Shown here piece by piece: positions 1 through 15,000 of a stretch of 64,000 nt of DNA. Source of the DNA: Eledone cirrhosa (Eukaryota); NCBI GenBank assembly GCA_964016885.1, contig OZ024741.1, forward strand, positions 12,834,001-12,898,000, in the 5' to 3' direction. The position numbers were made by a program, and so were the translations under genes. Each line of letters starts with the position of its first letter. Within the stretch, counting starts at the first letter, position 1. The notes below the pieces were generated by a model. That model ran no database searches. It was given only the letters and a program-made list of their open reading frames with translations, and was not told where the DNA came from.

Positions 1-3000
1 CATGACAAAAAGCACCCAGTCCACACTGTAAAGTGGTCATGTAGGTATCATGACGAAAAGCACCCAATCCACACTGTAAAGTGGTCATGTAGGTGTCATG
101 ACAAAAAAGTGCCCAGTCTACACTGTAAAGTGGTCATATAGGTGTCATGACAAAAAGCACCCAGTCCACACTGTGAAGTGGTCATGTAGGTGTCATGACA
201 AAAAGCACCCAGTCCACACTGTGAAGTGGTCATGTAGGTGCCATGACAAAAAGCACCCAGTCCACACTGTAAAGTGGTCATGTAGGTGTCATGACAAAAA
301 GCACCCAGTCCACACAGTAAAGTGGTCATGTAGGTATCACGACAAAAGGCACCCAGTCCATATTGTAAAGTGGTCATGGAGGTGTCACGACAAGAGGCAC
401 CCAGTCCACATTGTAAAGTGGTCATGTAGGTGTCATGACAAAAAGCACCCAGTCCACACTGTAAAGTGGTCATGTAGGTGTCATGATAAAAGGCACTCAG
501 TCCAAACTGTAAAGTGGTCATGTAGGTGTCATGACAAAAAGCACCCAATCCACACTGTAAAGTTGTCATGTAGGTGTCATGACAAAAAGCACCCAGTCCA
601 CACTGTAAAGTGGTCATGTAGGTGTCATGACAAAAAGCACCCAGTCCACACTGTAAAGTGGTCATGTAGGTGTCATGACAAAAAGCACCCAGTCCACACT
701 GTAAAGTGGTCATGTAGGTGTCATGACAAAAAAGTGCCCAGTCTACACTGTAAAGTGTTCATATAGGTGTCATGACAAAAAGCACCCAGTCCACACTGTG
801 AAGTGGTCATGTAGGTGTCATGACAAAAAGCACCCAGTCCACACTGTAAAGAGGTTATATAAGTGTCATGACAAAAAGCACCCAGTCCACTCTGTAAAGT
901 GGTCATGTAGGTGTCATGACAAAAAGCACCCAGGCCACAGTGTAAAGTGGTCATGTAGGTGTCATGACAAAAGGCACCCAGTCCACACTGTAAAGTGGTC
1001 ATATAGGTGTCATGACAAAAAGCACCCAATCCACACTGTAAAGTGGTCATGTAGGTGTCTTGACAAAAGGCACCCAGTCCAGACTGTAAAGTGGTCATGT
1101 AGGTGTCATGACAAAAAGCACCCAGTCCACACTGTAAAGTGGTCATGTAGGTATCATGAAGAAAAGCACCCAATCCACACTGTAAAGTGGTCATGTAGGT
1201 GTCATGACAAAAAGCACCCAATCCACACTGTAAAGTGGTCATGTAGGTATCATGACGAAAAGCACCCAATCCACACTGTAAAGTGGTCATGTAGGTGTCA
1301 TGACAAAAGGCACCCAGTCCACACTGTAAAGTGGTCATGTAGGTGTCATGACAAAAGGCACCCAGTCCACACTGTAAAGTGGTCATGTAGGTGTCATGAC
1401 AAAAGGCATCCAGCCCACACTGTAAAGTGGTCATATAGGTGTCATGACAAAAAGCACCCAGTCCACACTGTAAAGTGGTTATCTAGGCGTCATGACAAAA
1501 AGTGCCCAGTCTACATTGTAAAGTGGTCATGTAGGTGTCAAGACAAAAAGCACCCAGTCCACACTGTAAAGTGGTCATGGAGGTGTCATGACAAAAAGCA
1601 CCCAGTCCACAGTGTAAAGTGGTCATGTAGGTGTCATGACAAAAAGCACCCAGTCCACACTGTAAAGTGGTCATGTAGGTATCATGACGAAAAGCACCCA
1701 ATCCACACTGTAAAGTGGTCATGTAGGTGTCATGACAAAAGGCACCCAGTCTACACTGTAAAGTGGTCATGTAGGTGTCATGACAAAAGGTACCCAGTCC
1801 ACACTGTAAAGTGGTCATGTAGGTGTCATGACAAAAAAGTGCCCAGTCTACACTGTAAAGTGGTCATGTAGGTGTCATGACAAAAGGCACCCAGTCCACA
1901 CTGTGAAGTGGTCATGTAGGTGTCAGGACAAAAAGCACTCAGTCCACACTGTAAAGTGGTCATGTAGGTGTCATGACAAAAGCCACCCAGTCCACACTGT
2001 AAAGTGGTCATGTAGGTGTCATGACAAAAAGCACCCAGTCCACACTGTAAAGTGGTCATGTATGTGTCATGACAAAAGCCACCCAGTCCACACTGTAAAG
2101 TGGTCATGTAGGTGTCATGACAAAAGGCACCCAGTCCACACTGTAAAGTCATCATGTAGGTGTCATGACAAAAGGTACCCAGTCCACACTGTAAAGTGGT
2201 CATGGAAGTGTCATGACAAAAAAGTGCCCAGTCTACACTGTAAAGTGGTCATATAGATGTCATGACAAAAAGCAACCAGTCCACACTGTGAAGTGGTCAT
2301 GTAGGTGTCATGACAAAAAGCAGTCAGTCCACACTTCAAAGTGGTCATGTAGGTGTCATGACAAAAGCCACCCAGTCCACACTGTAATGTGGTCATGTAG
2401 GTGTCATGACAAAAAGCACCCAGTCTACACAGTAAAGTATTCATGTAGGTGTCATGACAAAAGGCACCCAGTCCACACAGTAAAGTGGTCATGTAGGTGT
2501 CATGCAAAAGGCACCCAGTCCACACTGTAAAGTTGTCATGTAGGTGTCATGACAATAAGCACGCAGTCCACACTGTAAAGTGGTCATGTAGGTATCATGA
2601 CGAAAAGCACCCAGTCCACACTGTAAACTGGTCATGTAGGTGTCATGACAAATGGCACCCAGACCACACTGTAAAGTGGTCATATAGGTGTCATGACAAA
2701 AAGCACCCAGTCCACACTGTAAAGTGGTCATGTAGGTGTCATGACAAAAAGCACCCAGTCCACACTGTAAAGTGGTCATGTAGGTATCATGAAGAAAAGC
2801 ACCCAATCCACACTGTAAAGTGGTCATGTAGGTGTCATGACAAAAGGCACCCAGTCCACACTGTAAAGTGGTCATGTAGGTGTCATGACAAAAAGCACCC
2901 AGTCCACACTGTAAAGTGGTCATGTAGGTATCATGACGAAAAGCACCCAATCCACACTGTAAAGTGGTCATGTAGGTGTCATGACAAAAGGCACCCAGTC

Positions 3001-6000
3001 CACACTGTAAAGTGGTCATGTAGGTGTCATGACAAAAGGCACCCAGTCCACACTGTAAAGTGGTCATATAGGTGTCATGACAAAAGGCACCCAGCCCACA
3101 CTGTAAAGTGGTCATATAGGTCTCATGACAAAAAGCACCCAGTCCACACTGTAAAGTGGTTATCTAGGCGTCATGACAAAAAGTGCTCAGTCTACATTGT
3201 AAAGTGGTCATGTAGGTGTCATGACAAAAAGCACCCAATCCACACTGTAAAGTTGTCATGTAGGTGTCATGACAAAAAGCACCCAGTCCACACTGTAAAG
3301 TGGTCATGTAGGTGTCATGACAAAAAGCACCCAGTCCACACTGTAAAGTGGTCATGTAGGTGTCATGACAAAAAGCACCCAGTCCACACTGTAAAGTGGT
3401 CATGTAGGTGTCATGACAAAAAAGTGCCCAGTCTACACTGTAAAGTGTTCATATAGGTGTCATGACAAAAAGCACCCAGTCCACACTGTGAAGTGGTCAT
3501 GTAGGTGTCATGACAAAAAGCACCCAGTCCACACTGTAAAGAGGTTATATAAGTGTCATGACAAAAAGCACCCAGTCCACTCTGTAAAGTGGTCATGTAG
3601 GTGTCATGACAAAAAGCACCCAGGCCACAGTGTAAAGTGGTCATGTAGGTGTCATGACAAAAGGCACCCAGTCCACACTGTAAAGTGGTCATATAGGTGT
3701 CATGACAAAAAGCACCCAATCCACACTGTAAAGTGGTCATGTAGGTGTCTTGACAAAAGGCACCCAGTCCACACTGTAAAGTGGTCATGTAGGTGTCATG
3801 ACAAAAAGCACCCAGTCCACACTGTAAAGTGGTCATGTAGGTATCATGAAGAAAAGCACCCAATCCACACTGTAAAGTGGTCATGTAGGTGTCATGACAA
3901 AAAGCACCCAATCCACACTGTAAAGTGGTCATGTAGGTATCATGACGAAAAGCACCCAATCCACACTGTAAAGTGGTCATGTAGGTGTCATGACAAAAGG
4001 CACCCAGTCCACACTGTAAAGTGGTCATGTAGGTGTCATGACAAAAGGCACCCAGTCCACACTGTAAAGTGGTCATGTAGGTGTCATGACAAAAGGCATC
4101 CAGCCCACACTGTAAAGTGGTCATATAGGTGTCATGACAAAAAGCACCCAGTCCACACTGTAAAGTGGTTATCTAGGCGTCATGACAAAAAGTGCCCAGT
4201 CTACATTGTAACGTGGTCATGTAGGTGTCAAGACAAAAAGCACCCAGTCCACACTGTAAAGTGGTCATGGAGGTGTCATGACAAAAAGCACCCAGTCCAC
4301 AGTGTAAAGTGGTCATGTAGGTGTCATGACAAAAAGCACCCAGTCCACACTGTAAAGTGGTCATGTAGGTATCATGACGAAAAGCACCCAATCCACACTG
4401 TAAAGTGGTCATGTAGGTGTCATGACAAAAGGCACCCAGTCTACACTGTAAAGTGGTCATGTAGGTGTCATGACAAAAGGTACCCAGTCCACACTGTAAA
4501 GTGGTCATGTAGGTGTCATGACAAAAAAGTGCCCAGTCTACACTGTAAAGTGGTCATGTAGGTGTCATGACAAAAGGCACCCAGTCTACACTGTAAAGTG
4601 GTCATGTAGGTGTCATGACAAAAAAGTGCCCAATCCACACTGTGAAGTGGTCATGTAGGTGTCATGACAAAAAGCACCCAGCCCATACTGTAAAGTGGTC
4701 ATGTAGGTGTCATGACAAAAAGCACCCAGCCCATACTGTAAAGTGGTCATGTAGGTGTCATGTCAAAAAGCACCCAGTCCACATTGTAAAGTGGTCATGT
4801 AGGTGTCATGACAAAAGGTACCCAGTCCACACTGTAAAGTGGTCATGTAGGTGTCATGACAAAAGGTACCAGTCCACAGTGTAAAGTGGTCATGTAGGTG
4901 TCATGACAAAAGGTACCCAGTCCACACTGTAAAGTGGTCATGTAGATGTCATGACAAAAGGTACCCAGTCCACACTGTAAAGTGGTCATGTAGGTGTCAT
5001 GACAAAAAAGTGCCCAGTCTACACTGTGAAGTGGTCATGTAGGTGTCAGGACAAAAAGCACTCAGTCCACACTGTAAAGTGGTCATGTAGGTGTCATGAC
5101 AAAAGCCACCCAGTCCACACTGTAAAGTGGTCATGTAGGTGTCATGACAAAAAGCACCCAGTCCACACTGTAAAGTGGTCATGTATCTGTCATGACAAAA
5201 GCCACCCAGTCCACACTGTAAAGTGGTCATGTAGGTGTCATGACAAAAGGCACCCAGTCCACACTGTAAAGTCGTCATGTAGGTGTCATGACAAAAGGTA
5301 CCCAGTCCACACTGTAAAGTGGTCATGGAAGTGTCATGACAAAAAAGTGCCCAGTCTACACTGTAAAGTGGTCATATAGATGTCATGACAAAAAGCAACC
5401 AGTCCACACTGTGAAGTGGTCATGTAGGTGTCATGACAAAAAGCAGTCAGTCCACACTTCAAAGTGGTCATGTAGGTGTCATGACAAAAGCCACCCAGTC
5501 CACACTGTAATGTGGTCATGTAGGTGTCATGACAAAAAGCACCCAGTCTACACAGTAAAGTGTTCATGTAGGTGTCATGACAAAAGGCACCCAGTCCACA
5601 CAGTAAAGTGGTCATGTAGGTGTCATGCAAAAGGCACCCAGTCCACACTGTAAAGTTGTCATGTAGGTGTCATGACAATAAGCACGCAGTCCACACTGTA
5701 AAGTGGTCATGTAGGTATCATGACGAAAAGCACCCAGTCCACACTGTAAACTGGTCATGTAGGTGTCATGACAAAAAGCACCCAGGCCACAGTGTAAAGT
5801 GGTCATATAGGTGTCATGACAAAAGGCACCCAGTCCACACTGTAAAGTGGTCATATAGGTGTCATGACAAAAAGCACCCAATCCACACTGTAAAGTGGTC
5901 ATATAGGTGTCTTGACAAAAGGCACCCAGTCCACACTGTAAAGTGGTCATGTAGGTGTCATGACAAAAAGCACCCAGTCCACACTGTAAAGTGGTCATGT

Positions 6001-9000
6001 AGGTATCATGAAGAAAAGCACCCAATCCACACTGTAAAGTGGTCATGTAGGTGTCATGACAAAAGGCACCCAGTCCACACTGTAAAGTGGTCATGTAGGT
6101 GTCATGACAAAAAGCACCCAGTCCACACTGTAAAGTGGTCATGTAGGTATCATGACGAAAAGCACCCAATCCACACTGTAAAGTGGTCATGTAGGTGTCA
6201 TGACAAAAGGCACCCAGTCCACACTGTAAAGTGGTCATGTAGGTGTCATGACAAAAGGCACCCAGTCCACACTGTAAAGTGGTCATATAGGTGTCATGAC
6301 AAAAGGCACCCAGCCCACACTGTAAAGTGGTCATATAGGTCTCATGACAAAAAGCACCCAGTCCACACTGTAAAGTGGTTATCTAGGCGTCATGACAAAA
6401 AGTGCTCAGTCTACATTGTAAAGTGGTCATGTAGGTGTCATGACAAAAAGCACCCAGTCCACACTGTACAGTGGTCATGGAGGTGTCATGACAAAAAGCA
6501 CCCAGTCCACACTGTAAAGTGGTCATGTATGTGTCATGACAAAAGCCACCCAGTCCACACTGTAAAGTGGTCATGTAGGTGTCATTACAAAAAGCACCCA
6601 GTCCACACAGTAAAGTGGTCATGTAGGTGTCATACAAAAGGCACCCAGTCCACACTGTAGAGTGGTCATGTAGGTGTCATGACAAAAGGTACCCAGTCCA
6701 CACTGTAAAGTGGTCATGTAAATGTCATGACAAAAAAGTGCCCAGTCTACACTGTAAAGTGGTCATATAGATGTCATGACAAAAAGCACCCAGTCCACAC
6801 CGTGAAGTGGTCATGTAGGTGTCATGACAAAAGCCACCCAGTCCACACTGTAAAGTGGTCATGTAGGTGTCATGACAAAAAGCAACCAGTCCACACTATA
6901 AAGTGGTCATGTATGTGTCATGACAAAAGCCACCCAGTCCACACTGTAAAGTGGTCATGTAGGTGTCATGACAAAAGGCACCCAGTCCACACTGTAAAGT
7001 GGTCATGTAGGTGTCATGACAAAAGGTACCCAGTCCACACTGTAAAGTGGTCATGGAGGTGTCATGACAAAAGGTACCCAGTCAACACTGTAAAGTGGTC
7101 ATGTAGGTGTCATGACATAAAAGTGCGCAGTCTACACTGTAAAGTGGTCATATAGATGTCATGACAAAAAGCATCCAGTCCATACTGTGAAGTGGTCATG
7201 TAGGTGTCATGACAAAAAGCACTCAGTCCACACTGTAAAGTGGTCATGTAGGTGTCATGACAAAAGCCACCCAGTCCACACATTAAAGTGGTCATGTAGG
7301 TGTCATGACAAAAGGCACCCAGTCCACACTGTAAAGTTGTCATGTAGGTGTCATGACAATAAGCACCCAGTCCACACTGTAAAGTGGTCATGTAGGTATC
7401 ATGACGAAAAGCACCCACTCCACACTGTAAAGTGGTCATGTAGGTGTCATGACGAAAAGCACCCAGGCCACAGTGTAAAGTGTTCATATAGGTGTCATGA
7501 CAAAAGGCACCCAGCCCACACTGTAAAGTGGTCATATAGGTCTCATGACAAAAAGCACCCAGTCCACACTGTAAAGTGGTTATCTAGGCGTCATGACAAA
7601 AAGTGCTCAGTCTACATTGTAAAGTGGTCATGTAGGTGTCTTGACAAAAGGCACCCAGTCCACATGGTAAAGTGGTCATATAGGTGTCATGACAAAAAGC
7701 ACCCAATCCACACTGTAAAGTGGTCATGTAGGTGTCTTGACAAAAGGCACCCAGTCCACACTGTAAAGTGGTCATGTAGGTGTCATGACAAAAAGCACCC
7801 AGTCCACACTGTAAAGTGGTCATGTAGGTATCATGAAGAAAAGCACCCAATCCACACTGTAAAGTGGTCATGTAGGTGTCATGACAAAAGGCACCCAGTC
7901 CACACTGTAAAGTGGTCATGTAGGTATCATGACGAAAAGCACCCAATCCACACTGTAAAGTGGTCATGTAGGTGTCATGACAAAAGGCACCCAGTCCACA
8001 CTGTAAAGTGGTCATGTAGGTGTCATGACAAAAGGCACCCAGTCCACACTGTAAAGTGGTCATATAGGTGTCATGACAAAAGGCACCCAGCCCACACTGT
8101 AAAGTGGTCATATAGGTCTCATGACAAAAAGCACCCAGTCCACACTGTAAAGTGGTTATCTAGGCGTCATGACAAAAAGTGCTCAGTCTACATTGTAAAG
8201 TGGTCATGTAGGTGTCATGACAAAAAGCACCCAGTCCACACTGTACAGTGGTCATGGAGGTGTCATGACAAAAAGCACCCAGTCCACACTGTAATGTGGT
8301 CATGTATGTGTCATGACAAAAGCCACCCAGTCCACACTGTAAAGTGGTCATGTAGGTGTCATGACAAAAAGCACCCAGTCCACACAGTAAAGTGGTCATG
8401 TAGGTGTCATGACAAAAGGCACCCAGTCCACACTGTAGAGTGGTCATGTAGGTGTCATGACATAAGGTACCCAGTCCACACTGTAAAGTGGTCATGTAAG
8501 TGTTATGACAAAAAAGTGCCCAGTCTACACTGTAAAGTGGTCATATAGATGTCATGACAAAAAGCACCCAGTCCACACCGTGAAGTGGTCATGTAGGTGT
8601 CATGACAAAAGCCACCCAGTCCACACTGTAAAGTGGTCATGTAGGTGTCATGACAAAAAGCAACCAGTCCACACTGTAAAGTGGTCATGTATGTGTCATG
8701 ACAAAAGCCACCCAGTCCACACTGTAAAGTGGTCATGTAGGTGTCATGACAAAAGGCACCCAGTCCACACTGTAAGGTGGTCATGTAGGTGTCATGACAA
8801 AAGGTACCCAGTCCACACTGTAAAGTGGTCATGGAAGTGTCATGACAAAAAAGTGCCCAGTCTACACTGTAAAGTGGTCATATAGATGTCATGACAAAAA
8901 GCAACCAGTCCACACTGTGAAGTGGTCATGTAGGTGTCATGATAAAAAGCACCCAGTCCACAGTGTAAAGTGGTCATGTAGGTGTCATGACAAAAGCCAC

Positions 9001-12000
9001 CCAGTCCACACTGTAAAGTGGTCATGTAGGTGTCATGACAAAAGCCACCCAGTCCACACAGTAAAGTGGTCATGTAGGTGTCATGACAAAAGGCACCCAG
9101 TCCACACTGTAAAGTTGTCATGTAGGTGTCATGACAATAAGCACCCAGTCCACACTGTAAAGTGGTCATGTAGGTATCATGACGAAAAGCACCCAGTCCA
9201 CACTGTAAACTGGTCATGTAGGTGTCATGACGAAAAGCACCCAGGCCACAGTGTAAAGTGGTCATATAGGTGTCATGACAAAAGGCACCCAGTCCACACT
9301 GTAAAGTGGTCATATAGGTGTCATGACAAAAAGCACCCAATCCACACTGTAAAGTGGTCATGTAGGTGTCTTGACAAAAGGCACCCAGTCCACACTGTAA
9401 AGTGGTCATGTAGGTGTCATGACAAAAAGCACCCAGTCCACACTGTAAAGTGGTCATGTAGGTATCATGAAGAAAAGCACCCAATCCACACTGTAAAGTG
9501 GTCATGTAGGTGTCATGACAAAAAGCACCCAGTCCACACTGTAAAGTGGTCATGTAGGTGTCATGACAAAAAGCACCCAGTCCACACTGTAAAGTGGTCA
9601 TGTAGGTATCATGACGAAAAGCACCCAATCCACACTGTAAAGTGGTCATGTAGGTGTCATGACAAAAGGCACCCAGTCCACACTGTAAAGTGGTCATGTA
9701 GGTGTCATGACAAAAGGCACCCAGTCCACACTGTAAAGTGGTCATATAGGTGTCATGACAAAAGGCACCCAGCCCACACTGTAAAGTGGTCATATAGGTC
9801 TCATGACAAAAAGCACCCAGTCCACACTGTAAAGTGGTTATCTAGGCGTCATGACAAAAAGTGCTCAGTCTACATTGTAAAGTGGTCATGTAGGTGTCAT
9901 GACAAAAAGCACCCAGTCCACACTGTACAGTGGTCATGGAGGTGTCATGACAAAAAGCACCCAGTCCACACTGTAAAGTGGTCATGTATGTGTCATGACA
10001 AAAGCCACCCAGTCCACACTGTAAAGTGGTCATGTAGGTGTCATTACAAAAAGCACCCAGTCCACACAGTAAAGTGGTCATGTAGGTGTCATACAAAAGG
10101 CACCCAGTCCACACTGTAGAGTGGTCATGTAGGTGTCATGACAAAAGGTACCCAGTCCACACTGTAAAGTGGTCATGTAAGTGTCATGACAAAAAAGTGC
10201 CCAGTCTACACTGTAAAGTGGTCATATAGATGTCATGACAAAAAGCACCCAGTCCACACCGTGAAGTGGTCATGTAGGTGTCATGACAAAAGCCACCCAG
10301 TCCACACTGTAAAGTGGTCATGTAGGTGTCATGACAAAAAGCAACCAGTCCACACTATAAAGTGGTCATGTATGTGTCATGACAAAAGCCACCCAGTCCA
10401 CACTGTAAAGTGGTCATGTAGGTGTCATGACAAAAGGCACCCAGTCCACACTGTAAAGTGGTCATGTAGGTGTCATGACAAAAGGTACCCAGTCCACACT
10501 GTAAAGTGGTCATGGAGGTGTCATGACAAAAGGTACCCAGTCAACACTGTAAAGTGGTCATGTAGGTGTCATGACATAAAAGTGCGCAGTCTACACTGTA
10601 AAGTGGTCATATAGATGTCATGACAAAAAGCATCCAGTCCATACTGTGAAGTGGTCATGTAGGTGTCATGACAAAAAGCACTCAGTCCACACTGTAAAGT
10701 GGTCATGTAGGTGTCATGACAAAAGCCACCCAGTCCACACATTAAAGTGGTCATGTAGGTGTCATGACAAAAGGCACCCAGTCCACACTGTAAAGTTGTC
10801 ATGTAGGTGTCATGACAATAAGCACCCAGTCCACACTGTAAAGTGGTCATGTAGGTATCATGACGAAAAGCACCCACTCCACACTGTAAAGTGGTCATGT
10901 AGGTGTCATGACGAAAAGCACCCAGGCCACAGTGTAAAGTGTTCATATAGGTGTCATGACAAAAGGCACCCAGCCCACACTGTAAAGTGGTCATATAGGT
11001 CTCATGACAAAAAGCACCCAGTCCACACTGTAAAGTGGTTATCTAGGCGTCATGACAAAAAGTGCTCAGTCTACATTGTAAAGTGGTCATGTAGGTGTCT
11101 TGACAAAAGGCACCCAGTCCACATGGTAAAGTGGTCATATAGGTGTCATGACAAAAAGCACCCAATCCACACTGTAAAGTGGTCATGTAGGTGTCTTGAC
11201 AAAAGGCACCCAGTCCACACTGTAAAGTGGTCATGTAGGTGTCATGACAAAAAGCACCCAGTCCACACTGTAAAGTGGTCATGTAGGTATCATGAAGAAA
11301 AGCACCCAATCCACACTGTAAAGTGGTCATGTAGGTGTCATGACAAAAGGCACCCAGTCCACACTGTAAAGTGGTCATGTAGGTATCATGACGAAAAGCA
11401 CCCAATCCACACTGTAAAGTGGTCATGTAGGTGTCATGACAAAAGGCACCCAGTCCACACTGTAAAGTGGTCATGTAGGTGTCATGACAAAAGGCACCCA
11501 GTCCACACTGTAAAGTGGTCATATAGGTGTCATGACAAAAGGCACCCAGCCCACACTGTAAAGTGGTCATATAGGTCTCATGACAAAAAGCACCCAGTCC
11601 ACACTGTAAAGTGGTTATCTAGGCGTCATGACAAAAAGTGCTCAGTCTACATTGTAAAGTGGTCATGTAGGTGTCATGACAAAAAGCACCCAGTCCACAC
11701 TGTACAGTGGTCATGGAGGTGTCATGACAAAAAGCACCCAGTCCACACTGTAATGTGGTCATGTATGTGTCATGACAAAAGCCACCCAGTCCACACTGTA
11801 AAGTGGTCATGTAGGTGTCATGACAAAAAGCACCCAGTCCACACAGTAAAGTGGTCATGTAGGTGTCATGACAAAAGGCACCCAGTCCACACTGTAGAGT
11901 GGTCATGTAGGTGTCATGACATAAGGTACCCAGTCCACACTGTAAAGTGGTCATGTAAGTGTTATGACAAAAAAGTGCCCAGTCTACACTGTAAAGTGGT

Positions 12001-15000
12001 CATATAGATGTCATGACAAAAAGCACCCAGTCCACACCGTGAAGTGGTCATGTAGGTGTCATGACAAAAGCCACCCAGTCCACACTGTAAAGTGGTCATG
12101 TAGGTGTCATGACAAAAAGCAACCAGTCCACACTGTAAAGTGGTCATGTATGTGTCATGACAAAAGCCACCCAGTCCACACTGTAAAGTGGTCATGTAGG
12201 TGTCATGACAAAAGGCACCCAGTCCACACTGTAAGGTGGTCATGTAGGTGTCATGACAAAAGGTACCCAGTCCACACTGTAAAGTGGTCATGGAAGTGTC
12301 ATGACAAAAAAGTGCCCAGTCTACACTGTAAAGTGGTCATATAGATGTCATGACAAAAAGCAACCAGTCCACACTGTGAAGTGGTCATGTAGGTGTCATG
12401 ATAAAAAGCACCCAGTCCACAGTGTAAAGTGGTCATGTAGGTGTCATGACAAAAGCCACCCAGTCCACACTGTAAAGTGGTCATGTAGGTGTCATGACAA
12501 AAGCCACCCAGTCCACACAGTAAAGTGGTCATGTAGGTGTCATGACAAAAGGCACCCAGTCCACACTGTAAAGTTGTCATGTAGGTGTCATGACAATAAG
12601 CACCCAGTCCACACTGTAAAGTGGTCATGTAGGTATCATGACGAAAAGCACCCAGTCCACACTGTAAACTGGTCATGTAGGTGTCATGACGAAAAGCACC
12701 CAGGCCACAGTGTAAAGTGGTCATATAGGTGTCATGACAAAAGGCACCCAGTCCACACTGTAAAGTGGTCATATAGGTGTCATGACAAAAAGCACCCAAT
12801 CCACACTGTAAAGTGGTCATGTAGGTGTCTTGACAAAAGGCACCCAGTCCACACTGTAAAGTGGTCATGTAGGTGTCATGACAAAAAGCACCCAGTCCAC
12901 ACTGTAAAGTGGTCATGTAGGTATCATGAAGAAAAGCACCCAATCCACACTGTAAAGTGGTCATGTAGGTGTCATGACAAAAGGCACCCAGTCCACACTG
13001 TAAAGTGGTCATGTAGGTGTCATGACAAAAAGCACCCAGTCCACACTGTAAAGTGGTCATGTAGGTATCATGACGAAAAGCACCCAATCCACACTGTAAA
13101 GTGGTCATGTAGGTGTCATGAAAAAAGGCACCCAGTCCACACTGTAAAGTGGTCATGTAGGTGTCATGACAAAAGGCACCCAGCCCACACTGTAAAGTGG
13201 TCATATAGGTGTCATGACAAAAAGCACCCAGTCCACACTGTAAAGTGGTTATCTAGGCGTCATGACAAAAAGTGCCCAGTCTACATTGTAAAGTGGTCAT
13301 GTAGGTGTCATGACAAAAAGCACCCAGTCCACACTGTACAGTGGTCATGGAGGTGTCATGACAAAAAGCACCCAGTCCACACTGTAAAGTGGTCATGTAT
13401 GTGTCATGACAAAAGCCACCCAGTCCACACTGTAAAGTGGTCAGGTAGGTGTCATGACAAAAGGCACCCAGTCTACACTGTAAAGTGGTCATGTAGGTGT
13501 CATAGCAAAAAGCACCCAGCCCATACTGTAAAGTGGTCATGTAGGTGTCATGACAAAAAGCACCCAGTCCACACTGTAAAGTGGTCATGTATGTGTCATG
13601 ACAAAAGCCACCCAGTCCACACTGTAAAGTGGTCATGTAGGTGTCATGACAAAAAGCACCCAGTCCACACAGTAAAGTGGTCATGTAGGTGTCATGACAA
13701 AAGGCACCCAGTCCACACTGTAGAGTGGTCATGTAGGTGTCATGACAAAAGGTACCCAGTCCACACTGTAAAGTGGTCATGGAGGTGTCATGACATAAAA
13801 GTGCCCAGTCCACACTGTAAAGTGGTCATGTAGGTATCATGACGAAAAGCACCCAGTCCACACTGTAAACTGGTCATGTAGGTGTCATGACAAAAAGCAC
13901 CCAGTCCTCACAGTAAAGTGGTCATGTAGGTGTCGTGACAAAAGGCACCCAGTCCACACTGTAAAGTGGTCATATAGGTTTCATGACAAAAGGCACTCAG
14001 TCCACACTGTAAAGTGGTCATGTAGGTGTGATGACAAAAAGCACCCAGTTTACATTGTAGTGTGGTCATGTAGGTGTCATGACAAAAGGCACTCAATCCA
14101 CACTGTGAAGTGGTCATGTAGGTGTCATGACAAAAAACACTCAGTCCACACTGTAAAGTGGTCATGTAGGTGTCATGACAAAAGCCACCCAGTCCACACT
14201 GTGAAGTGGTCATATAGGTGTCATGACAAAAAGCACCCAGTCCACTCTGTAAAGTGGTTAAGTAGGTGTCATGACAAAAAGCATCCAGTCCACACTGTAA
14301 AGTGGTCATGACAAAAAGTGCCCAGTCTACATTGTAAAGTGGTCATGGAGGTGTCATGATAAAAAGCACCCAGTCCACAGTGTAAAGTGGTCATGTAGGT
14401 GTCATGACAAAAGCCACCCAGTCCACACTGTAAAGTGGTCATGGAGGTGTCATGACAAAAGCCACCCAGTCCACACTGTAAAGTGGTCATGTAGGTGTCC
14501 TGACAAAAAGCACCCAGTCCACACAGTAAAGTGGTCATGTAGGTGTCATGACAAAAGGCACCCAGTCCACACTGTAAAGTGGTCATGTAGGTGTCATGAC
14601 AATAAGCACCCAGTCCACACTGTAAAGTGGTCATGTAGGTATCATGACGAAAAGCACCCAGTCCACACTGTTAACTGGTCATGTTTGGTGTCATGACAAT
14701 AAGCACCCAGTCCACACTGTAAAGTGGTCATGTAGGTATCATGACAAAAGCACCCAGTCCACACTGTAAACTGGTCATGTAGGTGTCATGACAAAAAGCA
14801 CCCAGTCCTCACTGTAAAGTGGTCATGTAGGTGTCATGACAAAAGGCACCCAGTCCACACTGTAAAGTGGTCATATAGGTTTCATGACAAAAGGCACTCA
14901 GTCCACACTGTAAAGTGGTCATGTAGGTGTCATGACAAAAAGCACCCAGTCTACATTGTAGTGTGGTCATGTAGGTGTCATGCAAAAGGCACCCAATCCA

